64,000 nt of DNA from Escherichia coli (GTDB lineage Bacteria; Pseudomonadota; Gammaproteobacteria; Enterobacterales; Enterobacteriaceae). A program made the translations under genes and the position numbers. Position 1 is the first letter of the stretch, and every line of letters begins with the position of its first letter. The stretch lies in assembly GCF_003334765.1 (NCBI RefSeq), contig NZ_QOWT01000003.1. One strand, given 5' to 3'. Under the pieces are notes generated by a model. The model made no database searches. It saw only the letters and a program-made list of their open reading frames with translations, and had not been told where the DNA came from. This document shows, in pieces, positions 9,810-19,932 of this stretch.

Positions 9810-10284
9810 AAAGTCCCGGTAGTGGAATGACAGGCAAAGTGGTTTATTTCACTGTGACTTGCCAAAGTGATTGGTGTTTTCACAGCTATACCTGGGACTA
9901 ACAATAAGTGTGCCAGAATTATCCGCGCGGCTGCAAAAGACTAATTTGACGGATAATGTGTGGGGTTGATCACAAATTGATGCCAGCTTCTGGTTGTTTG
10001 TAAAATACGAAAACGTTTGGCTTTTTTTATCGCGTTATTTATTTGCTGCTAAGTATCAGAAATAAGATAAAGGGGCAGGCTATCTCTCTTCAGTTTGATA
10101 AACTCACCGCCGTAATTCTCATATTGATATAGAAATGTGATATCTCTTCCATAATTTCATTAGAAAATGATAAAAATCTTATGTTTTTATCAAAGCCAAT
10201 TTCGCCTGAGTTAATATCATCATGATCTGTGAACCATCAACGTCTTCAATGATCGACTTTTAAGTAAGTCTGGAAGGTAAAGCT

Positions 10285-12063
10285 ATGGAGCTTGCTACTA
10301 CGCAGTCAGTATTGATGCAAATTCAACCGACAATTCAGCGTTTTGCCAGAATGCTTGCCAGCGTTTTGCAGCTTGAGGTTGAGATCGTTGATGAAAACTT
10401 GTGTCGCGTTGCCGGAACGGGCGCGTATGGGAAGTTTCTTGGTCGCCAGTTGAGCGGCAACTCACGCCTGCTCCGCCACGTCCTGGAAACGAAAACTGAA
10501 AAAGTTGTGACACAGTCTCGCTTCGATCCCCTTTGCGAAGGTTGCGATAGTAAAGAAAATTGCCGCGAAAAAGCATTTCTGGGTACGCCTGTCATTTTAC
10601 AGGATCGTTGTGTTGGGGTGATAAGTTTGATTGCCGTTACCCACGAGCAACAAGAGCATATCAGTGATAATTTACGCGAATTTTCTGATTATGTTCGCCA
10701 TATATCCACCATTTTTGTTTCGAAACTTCTGGAGGATCAGGGGCCAGGAGATAACATCAGTAAAATATTTGCGACCATGATCGATAATATGGATCAGGGC
10801 GTATTAGTTGTAGATGATGAAAATCGGGTTCAGTTTGTTAATCAGACTGCCTTAAAAACACTTGGTGTTGTGCAAAATAATATTATTGGGAAACCTATCC
10901 GTTTCAGACCATTAACATTTGAGAGTAATTTTACCCATGGACATATGCAGCATATTGTTTCATGGGACGATAAAAGTGAATTAATCATTGGTCAATTGCA
11001 TAACATTCAGGGCCGACAATTATTTTTAATGGCGTTTCACCAATCGCATACCAGTTTTTCTGTAGCAAATGCACCTGATGAACCGCATATTGAACAATTG
11101 GTTGGCGAGTGCCGTGTTATGCGGCAATTAAAACGACTCATTAGCCGTATTGCACCCAGCCCATCCAGCGTTATGGTGGTTGGTGAAAGCGGCACGGGTA
11201 AAGAAGTCGTCGCCCGTGCAATCCATAAGTTGAGCGGAAGACGGAATAAACCCTTTATTGCTATCAACTGTGCCGCGATTCCGGAGCAGCTTCTGGAGAG
11301 CGAACTGTTCGGTTATGTTAAAGGTGCATTTACTGGCGCTTCTGCCAACGGTAAAACAGGGTTGATTCAGGCGGCGAATACGGGCACGCTGTTTCTCGAT
11401 GAAATAGGTGATATGCCATTAATGTTGCAGGCTAAATTACTGCGCGCTATTGAGGCACGTGAAATTCTGCCGATTGGTGCCAGTAGCCCAATACAAGTCG
11501 ACATTCGCATCATTTCTGCAACTAATCAGAATTTGGCCCAGTTCATTGCCGAAGGTAAATTCCGCGAAGATCTCTTCTACCGACTTAATGTTATCCCGAT
11601 AACTCTGCCACCGCTGCGTGAACGTCAGGAAGATATTGAACTATTGGTGCATTACTTTTTACATCTGCATACCCGTCGTCTGGGATCGGTTTATCCTGGC
11701 ATTGCTCCCGATGTCGTCGAAATATTGCGTAAGCATCGTTGGCCCGGAAACCTGCGCGAGTTAAGCAATTTGATGGAATATCTGGTTAACGTGGTTCCTT
11801 CAGGTGAAGTTATCGACAGCACGCTATTGCCGCCAAATCTGCTGAATAATGGCACAACGGAGCAAAGTGATGTAACAGAGGTCAGTGAGGCGCACCTGTC
11901 ACTCGATGATGCGGGCGGCACGGCGCTGGAGGAGATGGAAAAGCAAATGATCCGCGAGGCGCTTTCACGTCATAACAGCAAGAAGCAAGTTGCTGATGAA
12001 CTGGGCATCGGCATTGCTACGCTCTATCGCAAGATTAAGAAATATGAGTTGTTAAACACATAA
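10285..12063 (+). CDS. ygeV: sigma54-dependent transcriptional activator YgeV
   Basis: 592-aa ORF; AAA+ sigma54-interaction domain (GESGTGKE Walker A, ESELFGY motif) and C-terminal HTH; N-terminal sensory domain. Confidence 0.93.
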   Translation: MELATTQSVLMQIQPTIQRFARMLASVLQLEVEIVDENLCRVAGTGAYGKFLGRQLSGNSRLLRHVLETKTEKVVTQSRFDPLCEGCDSKENCREKAFLGTPVILQDRCVGVISLIAVTHEQQEHISDNLREFSDYVRHISTIFVSKLLEDQGPGDNISKIFATMIDNMDQGVLVVDDENRVQFVNQTALKTLGVVQNNIIGKPIRFRPLTFESNFTHGHMQHIVSWDDKSELIIGQLHNIQGRQLFLMAFHQSHTSFSVANAPDEPHIEQLVGECRVMRQLKRLISRIAPSPSSVMVVGESGTGKEVVARAIHKLSGRRNKPFIAINCAAIPEQLLESELFGYVKGAFTGASANGKTGLIQAANTGTLFLDEIGDMPLMLQAKLLRAIEAREILPIGASSPIQVDIRIISATNQNLAQFIAEGKFREDLFYRLNVIPITLPPLRERQEDIELLVHYFLHLHTRRLGSVYPGIAPDVVEILRKHRWPGNLRELSNLMEYLVNVVPSGEVIDSTLLPPNLLNNGTTEQSDVTEVSEAHLSLDDAGGTALEEMEKQMIREALSRHNSKKQVADELGIGIATLYRKIKKYELLNT

Positions 12064-12073
12064 CCTCAGTGAA

Positions 12074-12104
12074 TCCGGCCTGAATTCAGGCCGGATATCC
12101 TTTT
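12074..12104. terminator. palindromic hairpin between convergent ygeV and xdhC (likely bidirectional terminator)
   Basis: Perfect inverted repeat tccggcctgaa/ttcaggccgga followed by tatcctttt on the plus strand; sits between the ygeV stop and xdhC stop. Confidence 0.55.
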
Positions 12105-12582
12105 ACTTCGTTTTCTCGCAATCCAGAACTGTATTTACAATCATCTGATACCCCGTGCAGCGACAAAGATTTCCCGCCAGTCCGCGACGAATTTCCGTAA
12201 TGGTTAATGGCTTCTCGCGTGGTTTCGCCAGCATTGCCGTGGTAGCCATAATCAGGCCAGGCGTACAAAACCCGCACTGCACTGCGCCGGATTTCGCATA
12301 AGCCTGCTGAACATGAGAAAGTTTTCCGCCTTTCGCTTCACCTTCCAGCGTGCGGATCTCTTTTCCTTCAGCCCAGGCGGCAAGGTATAAGCAACTGTCT
12401 ATTGCTGTGCCGTCGACCAACACCGTACAGGCACCACATTCACCCACGCAGCACCCTTGTTTGACACTTAGCAGTCCTTGTTCGCGGAGTAATTCCGAGA
12501 GCGGCGTGCCTGGTGCGGCGTGAAGCTGAAAAGGCATCCCGTTAATGGTGCATTCGATGGTAATTGTTTCGCTGTGATTCAT
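12103..12582 (-). CDS. xdhC: xanthine dehydrogenase iron-sulfur subunit
   Basis: 159-aa ORF with 2Fe-2S cysteine clusters ([16 protein letters not shown]); overlaps the xdhB stop by 4 nt. Confidence 0.93.
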
Positions 12583-13457
12583 TGCAATTTTCCCCCCGCC
12601 GCGGCGACGGCTTCGCTAATCACTTTTTTGGTCATCGTCTGGATGAGATGCAGACGAAACTCTTTACTGGCCCGCCATGAAGAACGCGGGGCGACATCTT
12701 GCAGGACAGATTCGCTGATAGCTTCCAGCGTTTGCAGGTTTAATGGCGCATTTTGTGCAGTCTGTTCGGCATGTTGGCAGCGAATCGGCGTTGGCGCGGC
12801 AACACCAAATGCCAGGCGTAATTCGCTGAAATTGCCGTTATCCAGTCGGCAATGTGCGGCGCAGCCAATCGTTGAAATATCCATTGCGTCGCGCATGGCA
12901 TATTTAAAATGCGCGCTGCCCGCGTGTTCTTTCGGCTGTGGCGGAAAATGAAAGGCGACGAGGATTTCGTCATGCTCAAGAGACACTTTGCCCGGCCCGG
13001 TGTGAAAGCCATTAATCGGGACGAAACGAACACCGCGCGGGGAGTGGATCTCCAGTTTCGCGTCATAAATTAGCGTTGGCGTGGCAGAATCTGCGCTGGT
13101 GGCACCGTTGCAAATATTTCCACCGTAGGTAGCGACGTTACGGATCTGCGGTCCAGCAATGGACGTGGCCGCAGCACATAACGCCGGGAGATGACGTTGA
13201 GTTATAGGATCTTCTATTAGCTGGGTAAATGTCGTTGCAGAGCCGATACGTAGCGAGCCATCTTCCGCCAGCGTAATTCCCCGCAGCTCCGCCAGATTAT
13301 GAATATCAACAATATGGCGATAACGGTCATTGTGATGGTGGAGCTGAATCAGTACGTCAGTGCCACCGGCGAGCAGTTTGGCCTGCGGGTTGTCAGCCAG
13401 CAGGTTGATGGCATCGGCAAGGGTTGCTGCGCGATGGTAAGAAGCAAAATCAAACAT
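12579..13457 (-). CDS. xdhB: xanthine dehydrogenase FAD-binding subunit
   Basis: 292-aa ORF; synteny xdhA-xdhB-xdhC. Confidence 0.93.
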
Positions 13458-13467
13458 GATGTTATCC

Positions 13468-15726
13468 TCAAATCAATCCTGCCAGATGGAACTCTTCATA
13501 TAACCGTTTTGGCGTCAGCGGCAGTGTATTGATTGCAACACCGGTAGCCATCTTCACCGCGTTACGAATAGCAGCGGCAACAGGAATTATTGGTGGCTCA
13601 CCCAGTGACTTATGTCCGTATGCGGATTGCGGCTCATTGATTTCGACGAACGCGCTTTCCAGTTGTGGCAGATCCGGCATGGTCGGCATTTTGTAATCCA
13701 GCAGATTGGGGTTACGGACCACGCCGCTTTTAGCATCGATGATCATCTCTTCAAATAGCGCCCAGCCAATGCCCATTCCCATTCCGCCGTGTACCTGACC
13801 TTCTGCCAGCAGTGGATTAAGAATATGCCCTGAATCATGAACGTTGAGGATGCGGTTGATGGTGACTTTGCACAGCGCAATATCGACCGTCAGATCAACA
13901 AAGGTACAGCCAAACGCCGGTGGGTTAGTGGTGGTTTTGATGGAGCTTTCAGCAGAGAGCTGCCCGCCGCGTTCAGGGTGGTAGAAAGCGTCCATCGCCA
14001 AATCTTTTAACGACATTAACGGCTCTTCCGGTCGTTCAACCAGCACGATATGGCCTTTTATCAGGGTCAGATTCATCGCTGACTGATGTAGCATGACTGC
14101 GGCGTGAGCGATGATTTTCTCTTTTAATAATAGTGCCGCACTGCGCAGCGCAGGCGCGGCAACATAGCTCTGGCGTGAGGCAAATGCGCCGGGATCGAAC
14201 GGCGTAACGTCGGTATCTTGAGTTGAAATAACGCGAACGTCGCTGACCGGAACCCCCACGGTTTCTGCCACCATTTGCGAGAAGACGGTGTCGGCACCCT
14301 GACCGATTTCCGTCGCGCCGCTTTGCACGTTGATGGTTCCATCCTGATTCATCAGAAGGCGCGCGCCTGCTATTTCTACGCCGACAGGCCAGGTGTTAGA
14401 GGTGTAGCTAAAACAGGCGACGCCAACGCCGCGGCGCAAATTGCCTTGCTGGTTCTGGCATTCTGCACGGCGTTTTTCCCATTCAAAGATTTTCCGGCCT
14501 TTTTCAAGACACTCCGGCAACCCTGCGCTGTAAATACGTTTGCCCGTGAGCGGATTAGCATCTCCTTCGCGGGCGGCGTTGCGTAAACGAATTTCAACAG
14601 GATCAATACCTAACGCTGTCGCGGCGTCATCAAGCATAGACTCAACGGCAAATACGACTTGTGGCGCGCCATAACCACGCATCGCACCAGCCGAGGGGAG
14701 GTTGGTATAGCAGGTCTTTGAACTGTAAGCGTAGGCACAACGAGGATAAAGGTAAGCGACTTTATTCCCCCCCGCAGAAGCGATGGAGTGCCCGTGAGAT
14801 GCATAAGCGCCGGTGTTAGACAGAACATCCAGACTATAACCTTTCAATGTTCCGTCGCGGTTCACGCCCATTTGCCCGTCAATGGTAAAAGCGTGGCGGG
14901 TACGGGTTGCGAGGAAACACTCTTCACGGCTAAGGGAAACTTTCACCGGAATGCCGCCAAGCTTGCTGGTCAGGAATGCCGCCATTGGCTCTTCCAGTAC
15001 ATCCTGTTTATTACCAAAACCGCCACCGACAAATGGTTTGATGACTCGTACGCATGACCAGGGAATATCCAGCGCCTGACCAACCACGCGGCGAACAATG
15101 TGCGGGATCTGGGTGCTGGAAACGATGGTAATTCGCGAGTCATCCTCCATCCACGCCAGCGATGTTACGCTTTCCATGTGACAATGTTGAATAACGGGGG
15201 TCTGATAGTGCCCCTGTACCTGGTAGTCGGCGGCATCGATTGTTTGTTGGACATTACCCGTCGACATCGTGCTTTGTTTCAGTAAATTGCCACCGTTATG
15301 GATTGGTGCAGCGTCTTCTGCCAGCGCCGCTTCTGGCGTGGTGATAACGGGTAATTCTTGCCACTCAATGCTGACCAATTGCGCCGCTTTTTCTGCCGTG
15401 AGTTCATCGCGGGCCACGACGATGGCAACGGCGTCACCATGATGACGAACATGGCGAGTTAGCAGTGCGCGATCGGCGGTATCGCGCTTGTTTTCGTCAA
15501 GTGTCCAGGCATGCCCAGCTGTAGCGAATGGAATATCAGGCACATCTTCCCAGGTAAAAATCGCCAGTACGCCCGGCAAACTTCTGGCTTGTTCATCATT
15601 AATACTTACGGCATAACCATGTGCGATAGGGCTACGTACATATTTCGCATAACACATGCCCGCCATAACATAATCGTCAGTATATCGTGCCCGCCCGGTG
15701 ACCTTAGCAATGGCATCGACGCGCAT
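13468..15726 (-). CDS. xdhA: xanthine dehydrogenase molybdenum-binding subunit
   Basis: ORF track extends to 15765, but the internal ATG giving MRVDAIAKVTG yields the 752-aa length recalled for XdhA. Confidence 0.92.
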   Translation of the reverse strand: MRVDAIAKVTGRARYTDDYVMAGMCYAKYVRSPIAHGYAVSINDEQARSLPGVLAIFTWEDVPDIPFATAGHAWTLDENKRDTADRALLTRHVRHHGDAVAIVVARDELTAEKAAQLVSIEWQELPVITTPEAALAEDAAPIHNGGNLLKQSTMSTGNVQQTIDAADYQVQGHYQTPVIQHCHMESVTSLAWMEDDSRITIVSSTQIPHIVRRVVGQALDIPWSCVRVIKPFVGGGFGNKQDVLEEPMAAFLTSKLGGIPVKVSLSREECFLATRTRHAFTIDGQMGVNRDGTLKGYSLDVLSNTGAYASHGHSIASAGGNKVAYLYPRCAYAYSSKTCYTNLPSAGAMRGYGAPQVVFAVESMLDDAATALGIDPVEIRLRNAAREGDANPLTGKRIYSAGLPECLEKGRKIFEWEKRRAECQNQQGNLRRGVGVACFSYTSNTWPVGVEIAGARLLMNQDGTINVQSGATEIGQGADTVFSQMVAETVGVPVSDVRVISTQDTDVTPFDPGAFASRQSYVAAPALRSAALLLKEKIIAHAAVMLHQSAMNLTLIKGHIVLVERPEEPLMSLKDLAMDAFYHPERGGQLSAESSIKTTTNPPAFGCTFVDLTVDIALCKVTINRILNVHDSGHILNPLLAEGQVHGGMGMGIGWALFEEMIIDAKSGVVRNPNLLDYKMPTMPDLPQLESAFVEINEPQSAYGHKSLGEPPIIPVAAAIRNAVKMATGVAINTLPLTPKRLYEEFHLAGLI

Positions 15727-15820
15727 GCATGATTCACCCGTAGCGGTTGCTTCCCGCGCTTCCATAGAAATCCCCTCGATTTGAACATTTGGTTCTTATG
15801 GCAAAGATTTAGTCTAAGCA

Positions 15821-15837
15821 GGCAAGATTTACGCCAG
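15821..15837 (-). promoter_or_regulatory. candidate sigma54 (-24/-12) promoter for xdhABC
   Basis: Minus strand reads cTGGCGTaaatcTTGCc: GG and GC separated by 10 nt as in the TGGCAC-N5-TTGC consensus; about 95 nt upstream of the xdhA start; ygeV (sigma54 activator) is adjacent. Confidence 0.5.
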
Positions 15838-16179
15838 AAACGACGATAAGCGTTAGGGGAGGTAGGAAGTGTGATGACGTTAAAAAAACACAGATATGAT
15901 ACGAAACAGGACTCTGAATAGGGGCAGTGATACGTATCAATATGAGTGGCGATAAAATCAATGTGATAAATTGGGATTATTACGCATCAGGATGGGAAAT
16001 AGGGTAAAAAGTCAGGAAGTTCGATACCTCTACAGCGAATATTTTGCTGATGATACTTCCCTTTGCCAAATGAAATTAACCTCTTTCTCTATTACCACGT
16101 TTTTCCAGAAGCAAGAGATTGGGTATCAAGAGGCTGGCTGCTATGATAAGGCGTCTTGTTTTTTAAGCGAGGAAAGATT

Positions 16180-16935
16180 TTGAGTGCGGGACGCCTGAAT
16201 AAAAAATCTCTGGGTATCGTGATGTTGTTATCGGTTGGACTGCTTTTGGCGGGCTGTTCGGGTAGCAAATCATCCGATACAGGAACGTATTCCGGCTCCG
16301 TTTACACCGTGAAACGGGGGGATACGCTATATCGTATTTCGCGCACCACGGGAACCAGCGTAAAAGAACTGGCGCGACTGAACGGCATTTCCCCCCCTTA
16401 CACCATTGAAGTTGGTCAGAAACTAAAACTGGGTGGGGCGAAAAGTAGCAGTATTACACGTAAATCAACCGCCAAATCAACGACCAAAACCGCATCGGTT
16501 ACACCGTCATCAGCGGTACCGAAATCATCCTGGCCGCCAGTAGGGCAACGTTGTTGGTTATGGCCAACGACAGGGAAAGTTATCATGCCGTATTCGACAG
16601 CAGATGGCGGCAATAAAGGGATTGATATCTCAGCTCCACGGGGTACACCTATTTACGCCGCGGGTGCAGGAAAGGTGGTGTATGTGGGCAACCAGCTGCG
16701 TGGCTACGGTAATCTCATCATGATTAAACACAGTGAAGATTACATTACGGCTTACGCCCATAATGACACGATGCTGGTAAATAATGGGCAAAGCGTGAAG
16801 GCTGGGCAAAAAATCGCCACTATGGGGAGCACGGATGCGGCATCTGTTCGCCTGCATTTCCAGATTCGTTACCGTGCAACGGCAATTGATCCGCTACGTT
16901 ACTTGCCGCCTCAGGGCAGCAAGCCAAAATGCTGA
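16180..16935 (+). CDS. ygeR: LysM-domain M23 peptidase-family lipoprotein YgeR
   Basis: ORF track starts at 16156; a TTG at 16180 preceded by GAGGAAA gives the 251-aa form; lipobox LLAGC; LysM-like segment and C-terminal M23-like region. Confidence 0.85.
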   Translation: MSAGRLNKKSLGIVMLLSVGLLLAGCSGSKSSDTGTYSGSVYTVKRGDTLYRISRTTGTSVKELARLNGISPPYTIEVGQKLKLGGAKSSSITRKSTAKSTTKTASVTPSSAVPKSSWPPVGQRCWLWPTTGKVIMPYSTADGGNKGIDISAPRGTPIYAAGAGKVVYVGNQLRGYGNLIMIKHSEDYITAYAHNDTMLVNNGQSVKAGQKIATMGSTDAASVRLHFQIRYRATAIDPLRYLPPQGSKPKC

Positions 16936-16968
16936 TGGCGAATTAATCAGCAGTCAGCAGCGTGGCAC

Positions 16969-16996
16969 TTGCTAAGGAGAGCGTAAGGTTTATAAT
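16969..16996 (+). promoter_or_regulatory. glyU promoter (-35 TTGCTA, 16-nt spacer, -10 TATAAT)
   Basis: Near-consensus sigma70 hexamers placed so that transcription would start about 10 nt before the tRNA 5' end. Confidence 0.6.
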
Positions 16997-17013
16997 GCCT
17001 TACGCATCTCGAA

Positions 17014-17087
17014 GCGGGCGTAGTTCAATGGTAGAACGAGAGCTTCCCAAGCTCTATACGAGGGTTCGATTCCCTTCGCCCGCTCCA
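17014..17087 (+). tRNA. glyU: tRNA-Gly (anticodon CCC)
   Basis: 74-nt sequence GCGGGCGTAGTTCAATGGTAGAACGAGAGCTTCCCAAGCTC...CGCCCGCTCCA with 7-bp acceptor stem, CCC anticodon in loop CUUCCCAAG, T-loop GGTTCGATTCC, encoded CCA end. Confidence 0.95.
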
Positions 17088-17200
17088 ATTTATCTTCGCC
17101 GTAATACTTCCCCATTTTGTTGTAAATAAAAAGCGTTTACGCAATGCAATCCTTTTGTAACAACCCAGGTAAAACACCTTATTTTCAAGTTGTTAAATAA

Positions 17201-18853
17201 GTGGTTATCTACGCTTTTAACAAACGATTGATGGAATATTTTATGAAAGGGAAATCTGCATTAACTCTTCTGCTCGCTGGTATATTTTCGTGCGGCACAT
17301 GCCAGGCGACAGGGGCAGAAGTGACGAGTGAATCTGTATTTAACATTCTTAATTCCACGGGGGCAGCAACAGATAAAAGTTATTTATCGTTAAATCCAGA
17401 TAAGTATCCTAATTATCGTCTTCTGATTCACTCAGCCAAATTACAAAATGAAATAAAGAGCCACTATACCAAAGACGAAATTCAAGGATTGCTAACATTA
17501 ACAGAAAACACACGAAAGTTAACGTTGACGGAGAAACCCTGGGGAACGTTTATTCTTGCTTCTACTTTCGAAGATGACAAAACAGCGGCAGAAACCCACT
17601 ATGATGCTGTCTGGTTGAGGGATAGTTTATGGGGCTATATGGCATTAGTATCAGATCAGGGAAATAGTGTAGCCGCAAAAAAGGTTCTGCTCACCCTGTG
17701 GGATTATATGTCTACGCCCGACCAGATTAAGCGGATGCAGGACGTCATTAGCAACCCAAAACGACTGGATGGAATTCCCGTGCAAATGAATGCTGTGCAT
17801 ATCCGATTTGACAGCAACTCCCCCGTGATGGCAGATGTGCAGGAAGAAGGCAAGCCGCAGCTGTGGAACCATAAACAAAATGATGCTTTAGGTCTTTACC
17901 TTGATCTCCTTATACAAGCAATCAACACTGGTACTATTAACGCTGAAGATTGGCAAAAAGGTGACCGATTAAAGTCGGTTGCGCTGCTGATTGCTTATCT
18001 GGATAAAGCCAATTTCTATGTTATGGAAGATTCCTGAGCATGGGAAGAAGATGCCCGATTAAACACATCTTCCGTTGCACTGGTGACCTCTGGACTGGAA
18101 CGTTTGTCAAACCTACTCTCGAAGAAAGACTCTGTTTTTGTCTCTGATTTACTACGCGAAGCTAAAGTCAATGAACTGGATGAAACTCTTTCAACAACGA
18201 GGTTGAACCACCTCATAGATAAAGGTTATGAAAGAATAACGTTACAGCTTGATTTAGGGGGAGAATCCCCAGGTTATCTGGAAAAAGATAAACATTACAG
18301 AGAAGCCGATGCGGCTTTACTTAATGTTATTTATCCTACAAATCTTTCAAAGATAAACACCAGAAGAAAAGAGCAAGTTCTAAAAATAGTTAAAAAACTA
18401 GCAGGTCCGTATGGTATAAAAAGATACGAGAAGGATAATTATCAGTCGGCAAATTTTTGGTTCAATGATATTAAAACCGATACCGATCAAAATTCGCATG
18501 CAAAAAGAGAAAAGAGCTTCATTCCATCAACAGAAGCAGAATGGTTTTTTGACTCATGGTATGCAAAATCAGCAGCAATTGTTTATAAAGAATCAAGAAA
18601 AGAAGAGTATTTGAATGACTCAGTACAATTTATGAATAGATCATTGGCCCAAATAACAGGCGAGAATATGATTGGTGCAAATGGCAGGAGCGTACCAGAA
18701 ATGGCACTTCCCGAAAGCTATAACTATATCCACAAGTCGGGAACTTTGCATGAAGCGCCAAGCCCTATCATTCCGCTAAATTGGTCGAAAGCTTCAATGA
18801 CTCTCATGTTGAAAGAGATGTCCAACCTTATCAATGATGAGGGAATTAAATAG
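17201..18853 (+). pseudogene. ygeQ: glycoside hydrolase family 15-like lipoprotein, interrupted by in-frame TGA (ygeQ-like)
   Basis: Two ORFs (17201..18037, 18083..18853) in the same frame separated by a single TGA at 18035..18037; GH15-like WEE...NTSS motif immediately after the stop; N-terminal signal/lipobox-like segment. Confidence 0.75.
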
Positions 18854-18984
18854 TTTTCATAATGAGTTACAGCACAACGTTGGGTATTGACTGAGCAAGA
18901 TGAACGACAAGGACAACGACATCAGCCTTATGAGGAGCAAGAAAATGAAAGCAAATTCGAAAACGATCAGAAGGATGAAAGTTA

Positions 18985-19932
18985 ATGTTCGGTCTGAGGA
19001 CAGTAAATCGAAACACTCATACGTTTGAAACCACTTTTCAAAATTGGAAAGAAAATGGCGAAGATGTTGCATTATTAATGCCCGAATTTAGTGCTAAATG
19101 GCTACCGATAGCAGAAGAGAGTGGCAGCTGGTCTGGATGGGTATTGCTTGGAGAAATATTTCCCTTAATTTCATCTGAGCTCGCTGGGATGGCTTTAATG
19201 CCAGAAACGGAAAGGTTAATAGGGGAATGCCTCAGTTTATCCAGTTCCCCGTTAAATCTAAAGCATCCTGAACTAAAATATAATCGTTTGCGCGTAGGTA
19301 AAGTATTTGATGGAGTATTGAGCCCTGCTCAACCACTAATAAGAATATGGACAGGGGAATTGAATCTTTGGTTAGATAAAGTCACAGTCTGCCAATACGG
19401 AAACGCTCCAGCGTTAGACAAAAAATCGTTATATTGCTCCATTCATTTTGTAATTGGATTTAGTAAAACATGTTACAGAAGTCTTGTTGATATTGAAGTT
19501 GGTGATGTTTTATTAATCTCAAATAATTTGGCTTATGCGGTTGTTTATAATACAAAAATTTGTGATTTAATTTATCCAGAGGAGTTAAAAATGGCTGATC
19601 ATTTTGAGTACGAGGAAGATTTTGAAACAGATGATTTTGATATCAAAAAAAACGAGAGTGAGATTTATGATGAAAATGACGATCAGATGATTAATAGTTT
19701 TGAAGACTTGCCTGTAAAAATTGAGTTTGTTCTTGGTAAGAAAATAATGAATCTATATGAAATAGACGAACTCTGTGCAAAAAGAATAATATCTCTGCTT
19801 TCTGAATCTGAGAAAAATATAGAAATACGTGTAAATGGCGCGCTAACTGGCTATGGCGAACTTGTTGAAGTGGATGATAAATTGGGCGTAGAGATTCATT
19901 CTTGGTTATCAGGGCATAATAATGTCAAATAG
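18985..19932 (+). CDS. epaO: T3SS cytoplasmic sorting platform/C-ring protein (SctQ; SpaO/YscQ family)
   Basis: 315 aa; C-terminal SpoA-like region (VKIEFVLGKK...EIRVNGALTGYGELVEVDDKLGVEI); acidic linker; immediately precedes the sctRSTU homologs. Confidence 0.8.
   Translation: MFGLRTVNRNTHTFETTFQNWKENGEDVALLMPEFSAKWLPIAEESGSWSGWVLLGEIFPLISSELAGMALMPETERLIGECLSLSSSPLNLKHPELKYNRLRVGKVFDGVLSPAQPLIRIWTGELNLWLDKVTVCQYGNAPALDKKSLYCSIHFVIGFSKTCYRSLVDIEVGDVLLISNNLAYAVVYNTKICDLIYPEELKMADHFEYEEDFETDDFDIKKNESEIYDENDDQMINSFEDLPVKIEFVLGKKIMNLYEIDELCAKRIISLLSESEKNIEIRVNGALTGYGELVEVDDKLGVEIHSWLSGHNNVK

Noticed and set aside
15727-15765. 13-codon in-frame N-terminal extension of xdhA (MEAREATATGESC)
   Set aside because: The downstream ATG gives the length recalled for XdhA; the extension is most likely untranslated leader.
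18035-18037. Selenocysteine recoding at the ygeQ TGA, considered because selenium-dependent enzyme genes are nearby
   Set aside because: The downstream hairpin is short and lacks the extended SECIS-like structure; the position is not a plausible redox-active site in a GH15 fold; ygeQ lies in a decaying island with other nonsense and frameshift lesions.
18857-19072. 71-aa minus-strand ORF in the ygeQ-epaO gap
   Set aside because: Low-complexity hydrophobic translation of AT-rich sequence that overlaps the epaO start; no ribosome-binding site or known features.
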